From the NCBI RefSeq assembly GCF_027921745.1, contig NC_079238.1:744001-808000 (forward strand): DNA of 64,000 nt, in the 5' to 3' direction. Each line of letters opens with the position of its first letter. Position 1 is the first letter of the stretch. The translations under genes were made by a program, and so were the position numbers. Source of the DNA: Schizosaccharomyces osmophilus (Eukaryota). The notes beneath the pieces were generated by a model. The model was given only the letters and a program-made list of their open reading frames with translations. It was not told the DNA's origin and made no database searches. This document shows positions 33,190-43,462 of the stretch, one piece after another.

Positions 33190-33870
33190 CTAAGCCCAAG
33201 TAGTGCTTCGCTGTGAAGGAAAAGTCTTTAAACTTGACATCTTGCTAGACTGTTGAAAGCTAGGGCCTGGCACGCGAGTGGAACTTGGATCAGCTGGCGG
33301 TAAACCAAGAAGCTTCCTTTGACTAGGACTTAGCTTTAAATCATCAAAAGTAGGTCGAGGGCGAATAAATTGCCAAAAAGCCTCGAGGATGTTAAGGACC
33401 AGCAAAAACTGAAGCGCCCAAGAAGCAAATTTGATAGAGTTCGTTTTTGGAAGGAAGCACTTTAGAAATTGAAAGCAAACGAGAGCAAAAAGATTAGAAA
33501 TCATGCGGCTCCAAGTGCGGTCGGTAGGGATCTGATCGTGAAGACGTTTGGAGACAGTATCAACGACAGGGTGTTTCCAATAGCCAGAAGGAGGAGGTCC
33601 TGAATGATCTTGTTGTTTTGGAATTTCCTGAATAGGAAGCAATTTTGACGAAGTAGACGCGTCGGAATTTGCATCTTCCAATGACGACGCAACTGGATGA
33701 ACGTCCGAAGTGGTTTTAGAGCGTCGTAAGTCTCCACCTACATCTTTTTGTCGTTTCGAAACAAGGAATGGCGAAGTTTGTGTTGATGGCTCAATTATCT
33801 CTGCATTTTTTGCTGGGTTCTCTTCGAAGAGAGATTGAGCAAAAACAGACTGCGAAAACGGAGTAGTCAT
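33190..33870 (-). CDS. pom34: Transmembrane nucleoporin Pom34
   Basis: 226 aa; SGYWKHP, two hydrophobic segments, LSPSQRKLLGL motif; syntenic position. Confidence 0.82.
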   Translation of the reverse strand: MTTPFSQSVFAQSLFEENPAKNAEIIEPSTQTSPFLVSKRQKDVGGDLRRSKTTSDVHPVASSLEDANSDASTSSKLLPIQEIPKQQDHSGPPPSGYWKHPVVDTVSKRLHDQIPTDRTWSRMISNLFALVCFQFLKCFLPKTNSIKFASWALQFLLVLNILEAFWQFIRPRPTFDDLKLSPSQRKLLGLPPADPSSTRVPGPSFQQSSKMSSLKTFPSQRSTTWA

Positions 33871-34600
33871 TAAAGTCGTTTACGGAAAATATAAAACAAG
33901 CCTTTATTTAAAATCTTGGCACAGAAAGGCGTTAATGCGACGCTAGCGAATATTCTCAAAGGTAGGAGTATCTGGTTCTTTGTTAGTTCTTTCTCTGACA
34001 CGAGTCTAAGTATATTTACTAAGGTCGCTTAGATTTTAAGCTTTACACATATTCGCAAGCGAACTTTTACTTGTCCTTTTTTATGATATTACCGAAAAAT
34101 TTTTTTAGCTTTTTTCTTAGCGAGATTCATACCTTAACACAGGCATAAGCAGCAGCTCCATCAATTAAGACTCTAGAAACTTGTTCGATGGGTATATTAT
34201 ATCCAATTTTTTCAAATATCCTGGACGCAACACCAGCTCCTTTTTCAAGGAACTCGGTAGGCAAACTGGAAGGTGTCCAGTCGAGCGAGTGAAACAAGAA
34301 GTAAAACATTGGAAGAGGTAAAATCGCAGTTACTTCATGAAGGAATAAGAATGCAAGCGCATAACTAAGTGGCTTGTCTTTGAAATTTTCTGCCTGTTTT
34401 CCTGCAAGTTTCAGACAACGATTCCACAGGTTTTGGGTTTTTGAGGTTGTAGGACTTTGTGATGGAGACTTAGACGAATACTGGCGGTATTTGGGATAAA
34501 GCAATGGTTGGAAATATTTCGATTGAGCCTGCACTGAAGGAAGAATCCTATGAATAGTTAGGCGAGAATATAATGTCTCTTGGAAAAGTCTACTTTGCAT
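33870..34600 (-). CDS. mrx11: Mitochondrial MIOREX protein Mrx11, 2 exons (34600-34133, 33971-33870)
   Basis: FLFLHEVTAILP...AAAYACVK spliced (GTATGA..ACTAAC..CAG) to ILLPLRIFASVALTPF; presequence-like N-terminus. Confidence 0.8.
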
Positions 34601-35040
34601 ATTGGTAAAGGCTAAACATAAATCATACAATGTTCAGACATATGGTCTTATGGTCTCACAAAAAATTGGTGAAGTGGTGTAGTAATTAAAAACAACTGAA
34701 TTAAGAATAGTCGTATAATATTTACATATATTCTAAAGCAGGTTCATGGACTGCTCCTAAGATGTCAATGAATAACTACAGAGCTGAACCATATGGTATT
34801 GGTAGACAGTCAAGAACAAGTAAGGAGGAAAAGAAACTACTCAGATATTTGGTTTCTCTTTCTATAAAGTCAAATGAAAGGTGAAAAGAAGGAAATGTCA
34901 TTAAGAGAGGGGAGGCGTTATAAATATAAATACAAAGTCAAAACTTAACGGAACAATGATCAATAGAAAAGATCACTTGCACGTATTGCATAAAATAATC
35001 CACAGATGATCTCTCAAAACATGTCGGCAACATCACAGAC

Positions 35041-36594
35041 CTAGTTTTCCGAGGCAACGCGTAATTTGCTTAAACACTTCAAAGATTCGTCAACCTGGGT
35101 CAAAAGCAGATCCGTCTCTGTTTTCATCTTTGCTTGGAGTGTATTCTGGCTATAAAGGGAAGAATTTTCAAATAATTGACGTCGAAACGTTCCCTCAAAA
35201 CATCTACTATCTTCCAGCTGCTCTTTCCAAAATGTTCGCTTCCAATTAACTGAGCTCCGCTGCAAAACGTAGAATCCTAAAACCGATGTTACAGCAAAGA
35301 TACTGAAGGAGTTATACATGGATGCATGAGCAATTAAGTAAAGATACAAAGAGCCCAAAGCTCCAACACCTTGGAATAGCGTCACATAAAGCGTTTGCTT
35401 TTTCAGTGATTTAAACTTTTCTGAAACATTTTGTTTGCACGTATCTTGATATGTTTGAAAGTCTTTCATCGCGCTGTAAAAGTTCTTTTTATCATCCCCA
35501 TTTCTGGATAATTCGCCCAAGAGGAATGCTAATTCCAGTTTAGATTCCTGTAGAAAGGACTTGTGAAGCAGGTCTTTCAAACTATTAGGCCATGCGTCAA
35601 TGTTTTTGTATAGCTGTAAAAACCCAAGTTTTTTCCATAAAGCTTTCAGTTGGACTTCAAAAGACTCCGTATCAGCGTGAAAACATTTGGCCCATTCCTC
35701 CAAAGAGGATAGCATAAAATTGCTGCTGTTCTTAGAGGCAATATACTTTTGTCCAGCATTTTCCGAGCGTATCGTATCCATAAATGACTTCAGCATTTTT
35801 TCGACTAATTCGTAGTTGTTTTTAGTAAGAAAAGAGTTTCGCAATGTCTGGAAGTTGCTTTTATCCCAAAGCTCCTTATACTGTGTAAACTGGCCTGCAT
35901 CTTGGCGTAATATAGAAATGGCCGACAATGCCTTTGGCGAGGATATGGGCATAATGTGAGGCTCATTTTTAATAATATCAACATCCGTCAAATCCTTGTC
36001 CAAGAGATAAGTTATATGTGAAGCTGGGCGAGAAGCACGATCATTAACAATGTTCAGATAGGAAGAAGAGCACATGTACGTGCTCTGACAAGTTGCTGAG
36101 ATCAGATTATCACTATAGTTCGCAGGTAGGTAAGTGATCTCTAGGTTATGGACTTGAAGAAAATCGCTTGGTATAGAAAGATGGCTAGATTTGTATCGAG
36201 CATTTTTTTGGATAAGGGGAGTACTTGCAAAAGAAATCGAAAGTGGCTCCTGACCAAGAGTCCTCAAAGCTTCATCAAGCTCAGGTACTTTTGGTAGAAA
36301 GGGACTTGTTAGAAGAGCTTGTAAAATAGTTTTCGAGCATGCAATATCCCTTTGTGAAGAAGTCAAAGACTGTAATAAAATACGATGTTTAGGTGTTTTT
36401 TCCGTTAATGCATTCGTTATGGCGTTCAGTCGAGATATGAGATGGGGTTGGTCTTGTGTGAGCTTTTTCATTTTAGAAAGGTTGTCATTCAACTTTGTCT
36501 GGAAGGTCGCAATGGGCTTTGATGCTACATTTGTTGTATATTTTCGAAGGAAAAACACCCTCGACGTCCAGTTCATGAAAGTAATTTTCAGCAT
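35041..36594 (-). CDS. mug99: Probable mitochondrial membrane protein (Mug99 orthologue)
   Basis: 517-aa ORF with presequence-like start and two C-terminal TM segments; name from recalled synteny. Confidence 0.6.
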   Translation of the reverse strand: MLKITFMNWTSRVFFLRKYTTNVASKPIATFQTKLNDNLSKMKKLTQDQPHLISRLNAITNALTEKTPKHRILLQSLTSSQRDIACSKTILQALLTSPFLPKVPELDEALRTLGQEPLSISFASTPLIQKNARYKSSHLSIPSDFLQVHNLEITYLPANYSDNLISATCQSTYMCSSSYLNIVNDRASRPASHITYLLDKDLTDVDIIKNEPHIMPISSPKALSAISILRQDAGQFTQYKELWDKSNFQTLRNSFLTKNNYELVEKMLKSFMDTIRSENAGQKYIASKNSSNFMLSSLEEWAKCFHADTESFEVQLKALWKKLGFLQLYKNIDAWPNSLKDLLHKSFLQESKLELAFLLGELSRNGDDKKNFYSAMKDFQTYQDTCKQNVSEKFKSLKKQTLYVTLFQGVGALGSLYLYLIAHASMYNSFSIFAVTSVLGFYVLQRSSVNWKRTFWKEQLEDSRCFEGTFRRQLFENSSLYSQNTLQAKMKTETDLLLTQVDESLKCLSKLRVASEN

Positions 36595-37925
36595 TTTCAC
36601 TTAACGGATGTAATCCTTAGAGTGCCGATTTATTGATCATAAGGAAGAAAAGAATACTCTCTTATACCTTTAAGCAATATTGGTTTTACTGAGTTAGTCG
36701 ACGAAAACGATAACAGCCAAATGCCCCAGTCCAATTACTTGTTGTAGGATGTGTTATAACAGTAAGGTACCATTGTCGGCCTAACAAGCAACTTCGAACA
36801 TGCCTCAAATTGATCATATCAAGAATAACTGCAAAGAACTTAAAAAAAAATCTTGTAATAGATGTAAATGAAGACGCTCACGAGTCAGTTTCCGTTTTAC
36901 TTTTTTTGCAAGAACGTATTATACTAAAGAGGAGCATTACAATGATGATGTATAATTTTTCTTTTGGTACAACCTGCTACGAAAGTATAAGACAGATGAT
37001 TATGTTAATGTCTTTCTATATTTTTCATCCATATCAAAAACTAAGACCATCTAAAGACCATAGGAAAAAGTGCAAAGGAAAGCATCATTTCCTCAAGTCA
37101 CTTTCCTTTTGTTTACTGTCACTTGATATGCCAGTAGAACAAAACAAAGATATACACTACATATCCTGAATGCACAAAGCAAATCCAGACTTGAAAAGAT
37201 ATCACATCCTTTGAGCCAATATCTATCCTCTGTACATATTGCTTTTTCATTTGTACATTAGAAGGATGGTTATGTATACGGTAAGGAGTTACGAATCGTA
37301 ACTCTGTTAAGTCCCAGTTGAATCTAGAAGGCCTCATTAAATGTACTCACTTGGTGGTTGATCCAATTGTACAGAGAAATATAATCAGCTCAATCGATGA
37401 AATCGTTTCAAGTCGACATATTTGAAGCAGAGCTATGAGTCTCAATGTCTAGTAATTCACTAGTAAATACAGCACATCCACAGGATTTAGCAAGAATGTC
37501 GAACCTCTTTTCGTTGAATGTCATTTCTTTAAAGGAAGCTTGCGCAAAACATATACACTAGATGTAAAGTGTAAACAGAACCTTGCAAGAAAACTTCCGT
37601 ATATGTTGACCGTACTTGTTAATATATTTTATTTCATCCTTCTTGGAAATAAGGCCCATAAAGTCGATTTCTCTTGACATTGTCACTTGGGCTTTGAAAA
37701 GTGAAAACCCATATACTCGAATTTCTGAAGCAAATGTAACACCATAATAAAATGGGGTTCTCTCTATTTTCAAATTGTATTCTAATACATAGAAAATAAA
37801 AAAAGACGGCGTTTCTTCCATTCCATAAATCTGGCGTTTCCCCATTTTCAAAATCATCTTTTGTATTTTCTAATTTACAATTGAATTTTAATGGCTTCGT
37901 ATTGTTGAATTTTTCGTTTATCTTG

Positions 37926-38028
37926 TTTGTTTACCTTGCATATTGTTATGATTCGACCCGCCTTGTTAGTATGTTTACGATCGAATGTAAACAAAACACA
38001 AGTATATATAGGTGGGGGATAAACAAAC
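37926..38028. promoter_or_regulatory. FLEX/forkhead motif cluster upstream of crp79
   Basis: TTTGTTTAC 37926-37934, TGTTTAC 37972-37978, GTAAACAAA 37987-37995, ATAAACAAAC 38019-38028. Confidence 0.65.
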
Positions 38029-38070
38029 CCATTCAATACTAACACTCACTTTTTTGAATCGCAAACAGCA

Positions 38071-40307
38071 ATGAATAATTCAAAAGTGTCAATTCCTGGA
38101 CAATACGAAGACGAAAGCTGTGTTATATATATTGGAAACCTTGATTCCCGTGTTTCGGATGAAGAAATCATTAACCTTTTTTCAAAATATGGTATAATAG
38201 GAAATTGAAATTGGCTTCAATTCAATTCAATTCAATTCAATTATAACAAAAACTATTTGCTAACTCTTGTAGGACAAGTAGTTTCACTTTTTCGTCGGCT
38301 GCTCGACAGCTTTTACCCAAAAGAAAAACCAAAGACGTTTAAGCCGCCAAGAAATGGAGTTCAATACGGGTTTGTACGATTTTCCAATCGTGACGGCGTT
38401 GAGGCCGTTCTTAAGGATGCTAAAGGAATGGTGCTTGGAAAAAGAAAACTGTATGAACATGGAAGGAACGTACAAAAATGCTGACCAAACACAGATCTAT
38501 CAAAGCAAGAGTAGTTAATCCTTCAAAACTTACTGAAAAGACCCAAAAGAAGATGAATGACTCACCAAACTTTGAAACACCCAATAACGAAATCAAATCA
38601 AATACAGAAAATGATATTCAAACTGTAAACCAAAAACCAAGGTCCAATTCGCCTAAATCCTCTATTTCTAAAGTTATAAATCCTTCGGAAGTTCAAACCC
38701 AACAAACAAACAAAGCTACTTACACTCCAGCTTCAACAGACTCAAACTTCAAAGAAGCTGTTTTGTCTCTAGGATTAGAGGAATTCAGCATGCAAGCAGC
38801 ACCAACTGCCTTTTCATCTACGTTTACTTTAACGGTTATGAATATCCCAGCTGAAATGACCCCCATTGATTTATACAATTACTTCAAAGCCGTTGGAACA
38901 GTGAAAGGAACAGCAGTAAGCCAGTTTACCGATCAGAAAGGGGATCGGTATGGAGAAGTCATTATGGATTCGCTTGAAGCATGCAAATCGGTAAGTGCAT
39001 CCCAAATGTTCGAATAAGAGCTAATACAGCAGGCAATTCATGTACTCAGTGGATCTCATTTCAATGGTAGTAAACTCGACGTGAGCATGAAAAAGGTCGC
39101 ATACCCCAATAATCGCGCCTTGAACCTAACCCCCTCTACTGAAAGCCTATGGCCATTCCCACAAGAAAATTACGGAAACGCTTTCTGCAAAAATGATGCA
39201 AACAACAATGGTATGACATGGATGATGGGTTCTCCTACCAAGGAACGCTATCAATGGGGAAGCTCAGCGGAGCAACTCGATATTTCTACTTATTCTAAAA
39301 ACAATATTCCCAGGAACAACAATGCACTTCCTTCGATATCCCAATGGGAATCTTTGCAAGCCAGTAGCATGCACTCTGCTCCCGTTGACCCATGCAATCT
39401 TTATGTAAAAAACTTGGATGACACCGTTATCTCAACGAAAGACCAATTGGAAGCTATATTTTCTCCGTTTGGCAATATAACCTCTTCCATGCTAGCTTGT
39501 TATCCAAACTCGGGCATTTCGAAAGGATACGGATTTGTAGCATTCCATCGCATAGAGGAAGCCATTGCAGCAAAGGAAAGATTAAACGGTGCAATGATTG
39601 GAAAGAAAAGAATCTTTGTATGCTTCGCTGAAAGAAAAACAGACAGGATACGCCGGCTTCAGGAATTGTTTGCAGAACAAAGAACTACAGGCAATGGCTC
39701 ACCATCTTCAATCTTTGTTCGTCCTGAGAAAACGGTTCCTGTTACTATAAGAAAACCTGAGGAATCAGCAAAATCTCTTTTGAGTTCAACTCAATCCATT
39801 ACAAACACTGAAGATGAAAATAAACAGAACAGCACGGTGGACGAAAATCGCAATGAGGTTCATGATACAGCAACCCCCAAGAAAGGTCTGCCGAAAGAAG
39901 ACAAACGAGAAAAGGCCCCTTTGAAAGAGAACTTAAACTCGACTGAAATTCCTGCAAAAAAGCGAATGTCAATCAAGTCTCAGTCGATTGCTAATAACCT
40001 CAAGAAAATTGAGGAGATGTTGAACCGTAAAAAACTGAAGAGCTCTTGTTTTGTCCCCCGGGCAAAAGCAACTACTTGCACGACTTTGACTTATGTAACA
40101 GTAGAACCCATTCATTATCAGGAAGATGAATTGCTTCTCGAAGATACATTCCCCAAAGCAAATCATACGAAAACGGATCCAGATATGTCTATGAGATTTA
40201 AACAAATGAGCTCTTCATTGTATCCCGATTCCAATAAAGAAAACTTCGAATCTACTGTGAAAGTCGGAAACGCATCTCCTTCAGCAATACAATTATCACA
40301 GTTGTAA
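38071..40307 (+). CDS. crp79: Meiotic multi-RRM RNA-binding protein Crp79/Meu5, 4 exons (38071-38191, 38273-38450, 38495-38990, 39033-40307)
   Basis: RNP motifs IYIGNL, QYGFVRF, NLYVKNL, KGYGFVAF; three canonical introns keep the frame. Confidence 0.85.
38216..38240. repeat. (TTCAA)5 microsatellite in crp79 intron 1
   Basis: Five perfect TTCAA units read directly. Confidence 0.85.
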
Positions 40308-40680
40308 TTTGCAATCGAGAAGTCATTTATTCTAATTTTAAAACGCTTAAATTATATCCATATCCTATTCCTGCCTTTGCAAAAGATTCACGAACAAGGT
40401 GTCCTAGGGACGTACGTGCCAATTTTTATTTCTCCCATCATCCCAAGAGCCATCAAAGTTGAGGTGAATTTGGGTTAAACAGAAACAAACTAAGTCTTTT
40501 TCATTGTATTAAATCACTTTGGAAAGAAATAGATCGATTTGCTCCAAGTTTCCGTTAATATCGGCAGAGAAGAACCATCTGGTACTTGCTGAGTGCGTTA
40601 CTTCCAGATTTTCTTTTAAACTAGAAGAAACTGTTCTCATTGATCCTGTTTCGCTATCTATTTTTTACAAATCCAAAAGA

Positions 40681-41430
40681 ATGTCGATACCTAGGTTTAT
40701 ATTTGGAAAGCGAAATTTATGGAACAATCCACTGAAGATCAAGGGAACTCTTCCATATCAAACGCTACGTAGCTATGCAAAAAAGTCAAAGGAATCTCCT
40801 TCATTTTCAATGACAGTTCCTGAAGTTACCAAGTATCTACGAGCCCTGAGTGTTTCTGTTCCTTTTGAAGGATCTTATGTTCTTTCAGTGGGTCTACGGA
40901 CCCGACGAGGACTTCCACCTGTTCGAGGAAAAGTGTTATTTCCTCATCCATTTCTTGAGACTCCTAAAGTTTGCGTCTTAGCTGTTGGGGATGCACAACG
41001 AGAGGCTTTAGAACACGGTGCAACTTATGCTGGTGGAGAGAATGTCGTCCAAAAAATATTAGCGGAAGAAATAGAATTTTCAAAATGCTTGGCTCATCCT
41101 AATGCTTCTCATCTGTTGCCTAAAGTAGCAAAAACTTTAGGACCAAAACATCTGCTGCCTGCGGCGAAGCGTGGAACTATAGTTGAAGAAGTAGGCCCTG
41201 CTGTGGAAGCAGCGATGAAAATGACGGATTATCGGGAAGCAAACGGTGTTATTAATATGCCTGTGGGAAAGCTAGATTATGATGAAAAGCTACTACAAGA
41301 CAATATTGAAGCGTTGCTTAATAGTATACGCAACCATATATCGCAGCTTCCAACAAAAGTTAAAGTTACAATCAAAAAGACACATCTTTTCGCTTCCAAT
41401 ACGATTTCTTTACCTCTTCCCTATAAATAA
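40681..41430 (+). CDS. mrpl1: Mitochondrial ribosomal protein uL1
   Basis: VRGKVLFPH, GATYAGG, LGPKHLLPAAKRGT L1 motifs; ATG at 40681. Confidence 0.88.
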   Translation: MSIPRFIFGKRNLWNNPLKIKGTLPYQTLRSYAKKSKESPSFSMTVPEVTKYLRALSVSVPFEGSYVLSVGLRTRRGLPPVRGKVLFPHPFLETPKVCVLAVGDAQREALEHGATYAGGENVVQKILAEEIEFSKCLAHPNASHLLPKVAKTLGPKHLLPAAKRGTIVEEVGPAVEAAMKMTDYREANGVINMPVGKLDYDEKLLQDNIEALLNSIRNHISQLPTKVKVTIKKTHLFASNTISLPLPYK

Positions 41431-41731
41431 TAACTCCTGCTTTCCCCCTCTCCTTTCTATACTCTCATTGAACTGCAGAAAAGACGTTCCTCCTGTAATC
41501 TTTCATGTTTTTCCTATTTCCGGTTAATATACTTATTCTTCTTCAATATATTTGACTTGATAATCAGATCTGAATTAACTAAGTAAAATGCTATTCATTC
41601 ACATGTTTGCTTGCTCCATTAAAGTCTTCCGCTGTGTATGTTTGCTATGACATGAAAAATATAAATTAGAGAGATTTTTTATTAACCGTAGTGAATCCTA
41701 AAAGCAATTTTTGGGCAAAATTAAGGATTTT

Positions 41732-42634
41732 TCAGTCTGTACGCCGCCATTTTGGGTATTCTGATTCAGTATCAATTTCTAAAGCAGTAGCACTATCATC
41801 CAAATTATCTTCTGTAATCCACTGATGATTTGGATCAGAGAGTAACGAAAAGGCATCCTGTTCTTCTTCATCAGAGAGAGGATCAGGATGTAAAGATTGA
41901 CAAGAACATAAAGCCTGATAACAGGCATCGAAATCTGATACAAACAAAGTTATCTCAAAAACGGAGGATTCTGTAGCATCTTCTTCGCTTTCTGAGGCAC
42001 TGTTTAATTCAGATGATTTTTCGGCAGCGTTGATCTTGAATGGAGGCTCTTGGCCGAACAAACATGAATAACAATTTGAAAGCTCATTTATATTTTTAGA
42101 TCGATACACATTTCCAGACTGATCCTGCAACAAAGCTGACACGGGTGCCGCATGAGTTATCGACATTGACTTGAAATCATTTTCGGAAACCGATGAAGCA
42201 TTTGCATGGAGTAAAGAGCCATGTGCGTCAACTATAACTTCTTTGTCGCCATTCTTTTGAATGCTTCCTTTAATAAGAGACTTCTGTTCTTCAGGTGTCG
42301 TTTTACATGAACTTAAAGACTTAAGTTCTCCCTCCAACTGTAAGTAGACAAAGGGTTTCGGATTACTTTGTTTTGCATGCAAGGTTATTAGCTTGTACGG
42401 GATCCTCCAGCCAAAGTTCTCCTCAGGATCAAATAGAATAAAAGACTTTGATGTTATATATACATCCAAGAGAGCACCGAGCCCCCAGTTCATCTGGCAT
42501 GGGAAATCAATTTTATAATTCACATTTGAGTCTTCAAAAAACAGAATTTCGCGATCGTCAGATAAAGTTTCTCCAGTTTCGACTTTTCGTACAAGATCTT
42601 TTGGAATCTGGTAAATTTTTTCAAGATCAGTCAT
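41732..42634 (-). CDS. saf5: ICln/Lot5-like splicing-associated factor
   Basis: IPYKLITLHA, FVYLQL and YQALCSCQSLHPDP motifs of the ICln family. Confidence 0.8.
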   Translation of the reverse strand: MTDLEKIYQIPKDLVRKVETGETLSDDREILFFEDSNVNYKIDFPCQMNWGLGALLDVYITSKSFILFDPEENFGWRIPYKLITLHAKQSNPKPFVYLQLEGELKSLSSCKTTPEEQKSLIKGSIQKNGDKEVIVDAHGSLLHANASSVSENDFKSMSITHAAPVSALLQDQSGNVYRSKNINELSNCYSCLFGQEPPFKINAAEKSSELNSASESEEDATESSVFEITLFVSDFDACYQALCSCQSLHPDPLSDEEEQDAFSLLSDPNHQWITEDNLDDSATALEIDTESEYPKWRRTD

Positions 42635-43462
42635 TTTTAGAATTGCAAAATTGTTCAGAAATGAAAGAAGTCCTTCTAATACTCAGTTCTGACTAAAAAC
42701 ACTCTTTGGTAAAATGGTAAGTGAATTCCCAATATGGATGAACAATCATTTCTAAAGAAAATCTGTTGTAGTATTTAAGAAATAAATTTATAATTTTTAT
42801 GAAGAAAAAGGTAAAAATAATACCTGACGAGCTTAGGAAGAAAAAGGAAAGCAACAAAACTATGAAACTTGAAGGAAAAGCCTCTTGAGTATTAACTCGA
42901 AGTTCTTTTCGTTTTAAAACGTTTGATTCACATTGCAAAATACTTTTAAACTAAAATGACAAGTCACTTTTAAAAAAGTTTACCTTAAAGACCGTGAATG
43001 ATATTGTTCCATTACTAGGCTGTACTCTTGAGCAAGTTTTACCTGTTTTTTTTGTTTAATGGTTCATAAGAACCATTAAAGAGAACATGAAAGTGCCATG
43101 CTAAATATAAAATTGCAAACAACCTGCTTTTTTTTGCAGCCTCTCATAAGTCTTGTATTAACAAAAAGTCATTTCAAGATTAATTAGTTCTTTCATGGAG
43201 ATATAATTAAAGAGTTGAGCAATTAAAGACAATTCTTAAAGCTTCCCACAAGAGAAGAAAAGAAAGAAATTGAGCAGAAGTGTCAGTATCTTTTTCATTT
43301 GACCAGTAGAGATTTTATTAATTGGCATGTTACTATTCATTTTCAAGAAGTAAATAATTAGCCGAGTAGAAGAATGTAGCATAAAATACATTATTGGAAT
43401 TCTCGAAATTTTTTTGGACCAAAAGGAAGTAATAATTCAATAAATTTCGTCATAATAAATAC

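Noticed and set aside
37286..37304. Palindrome GAGTTACGA-A-TCGTAACTC
   Set aside because: A single 9-bp inverted repeat is not unexpected in 64 kb and has no supporting context.
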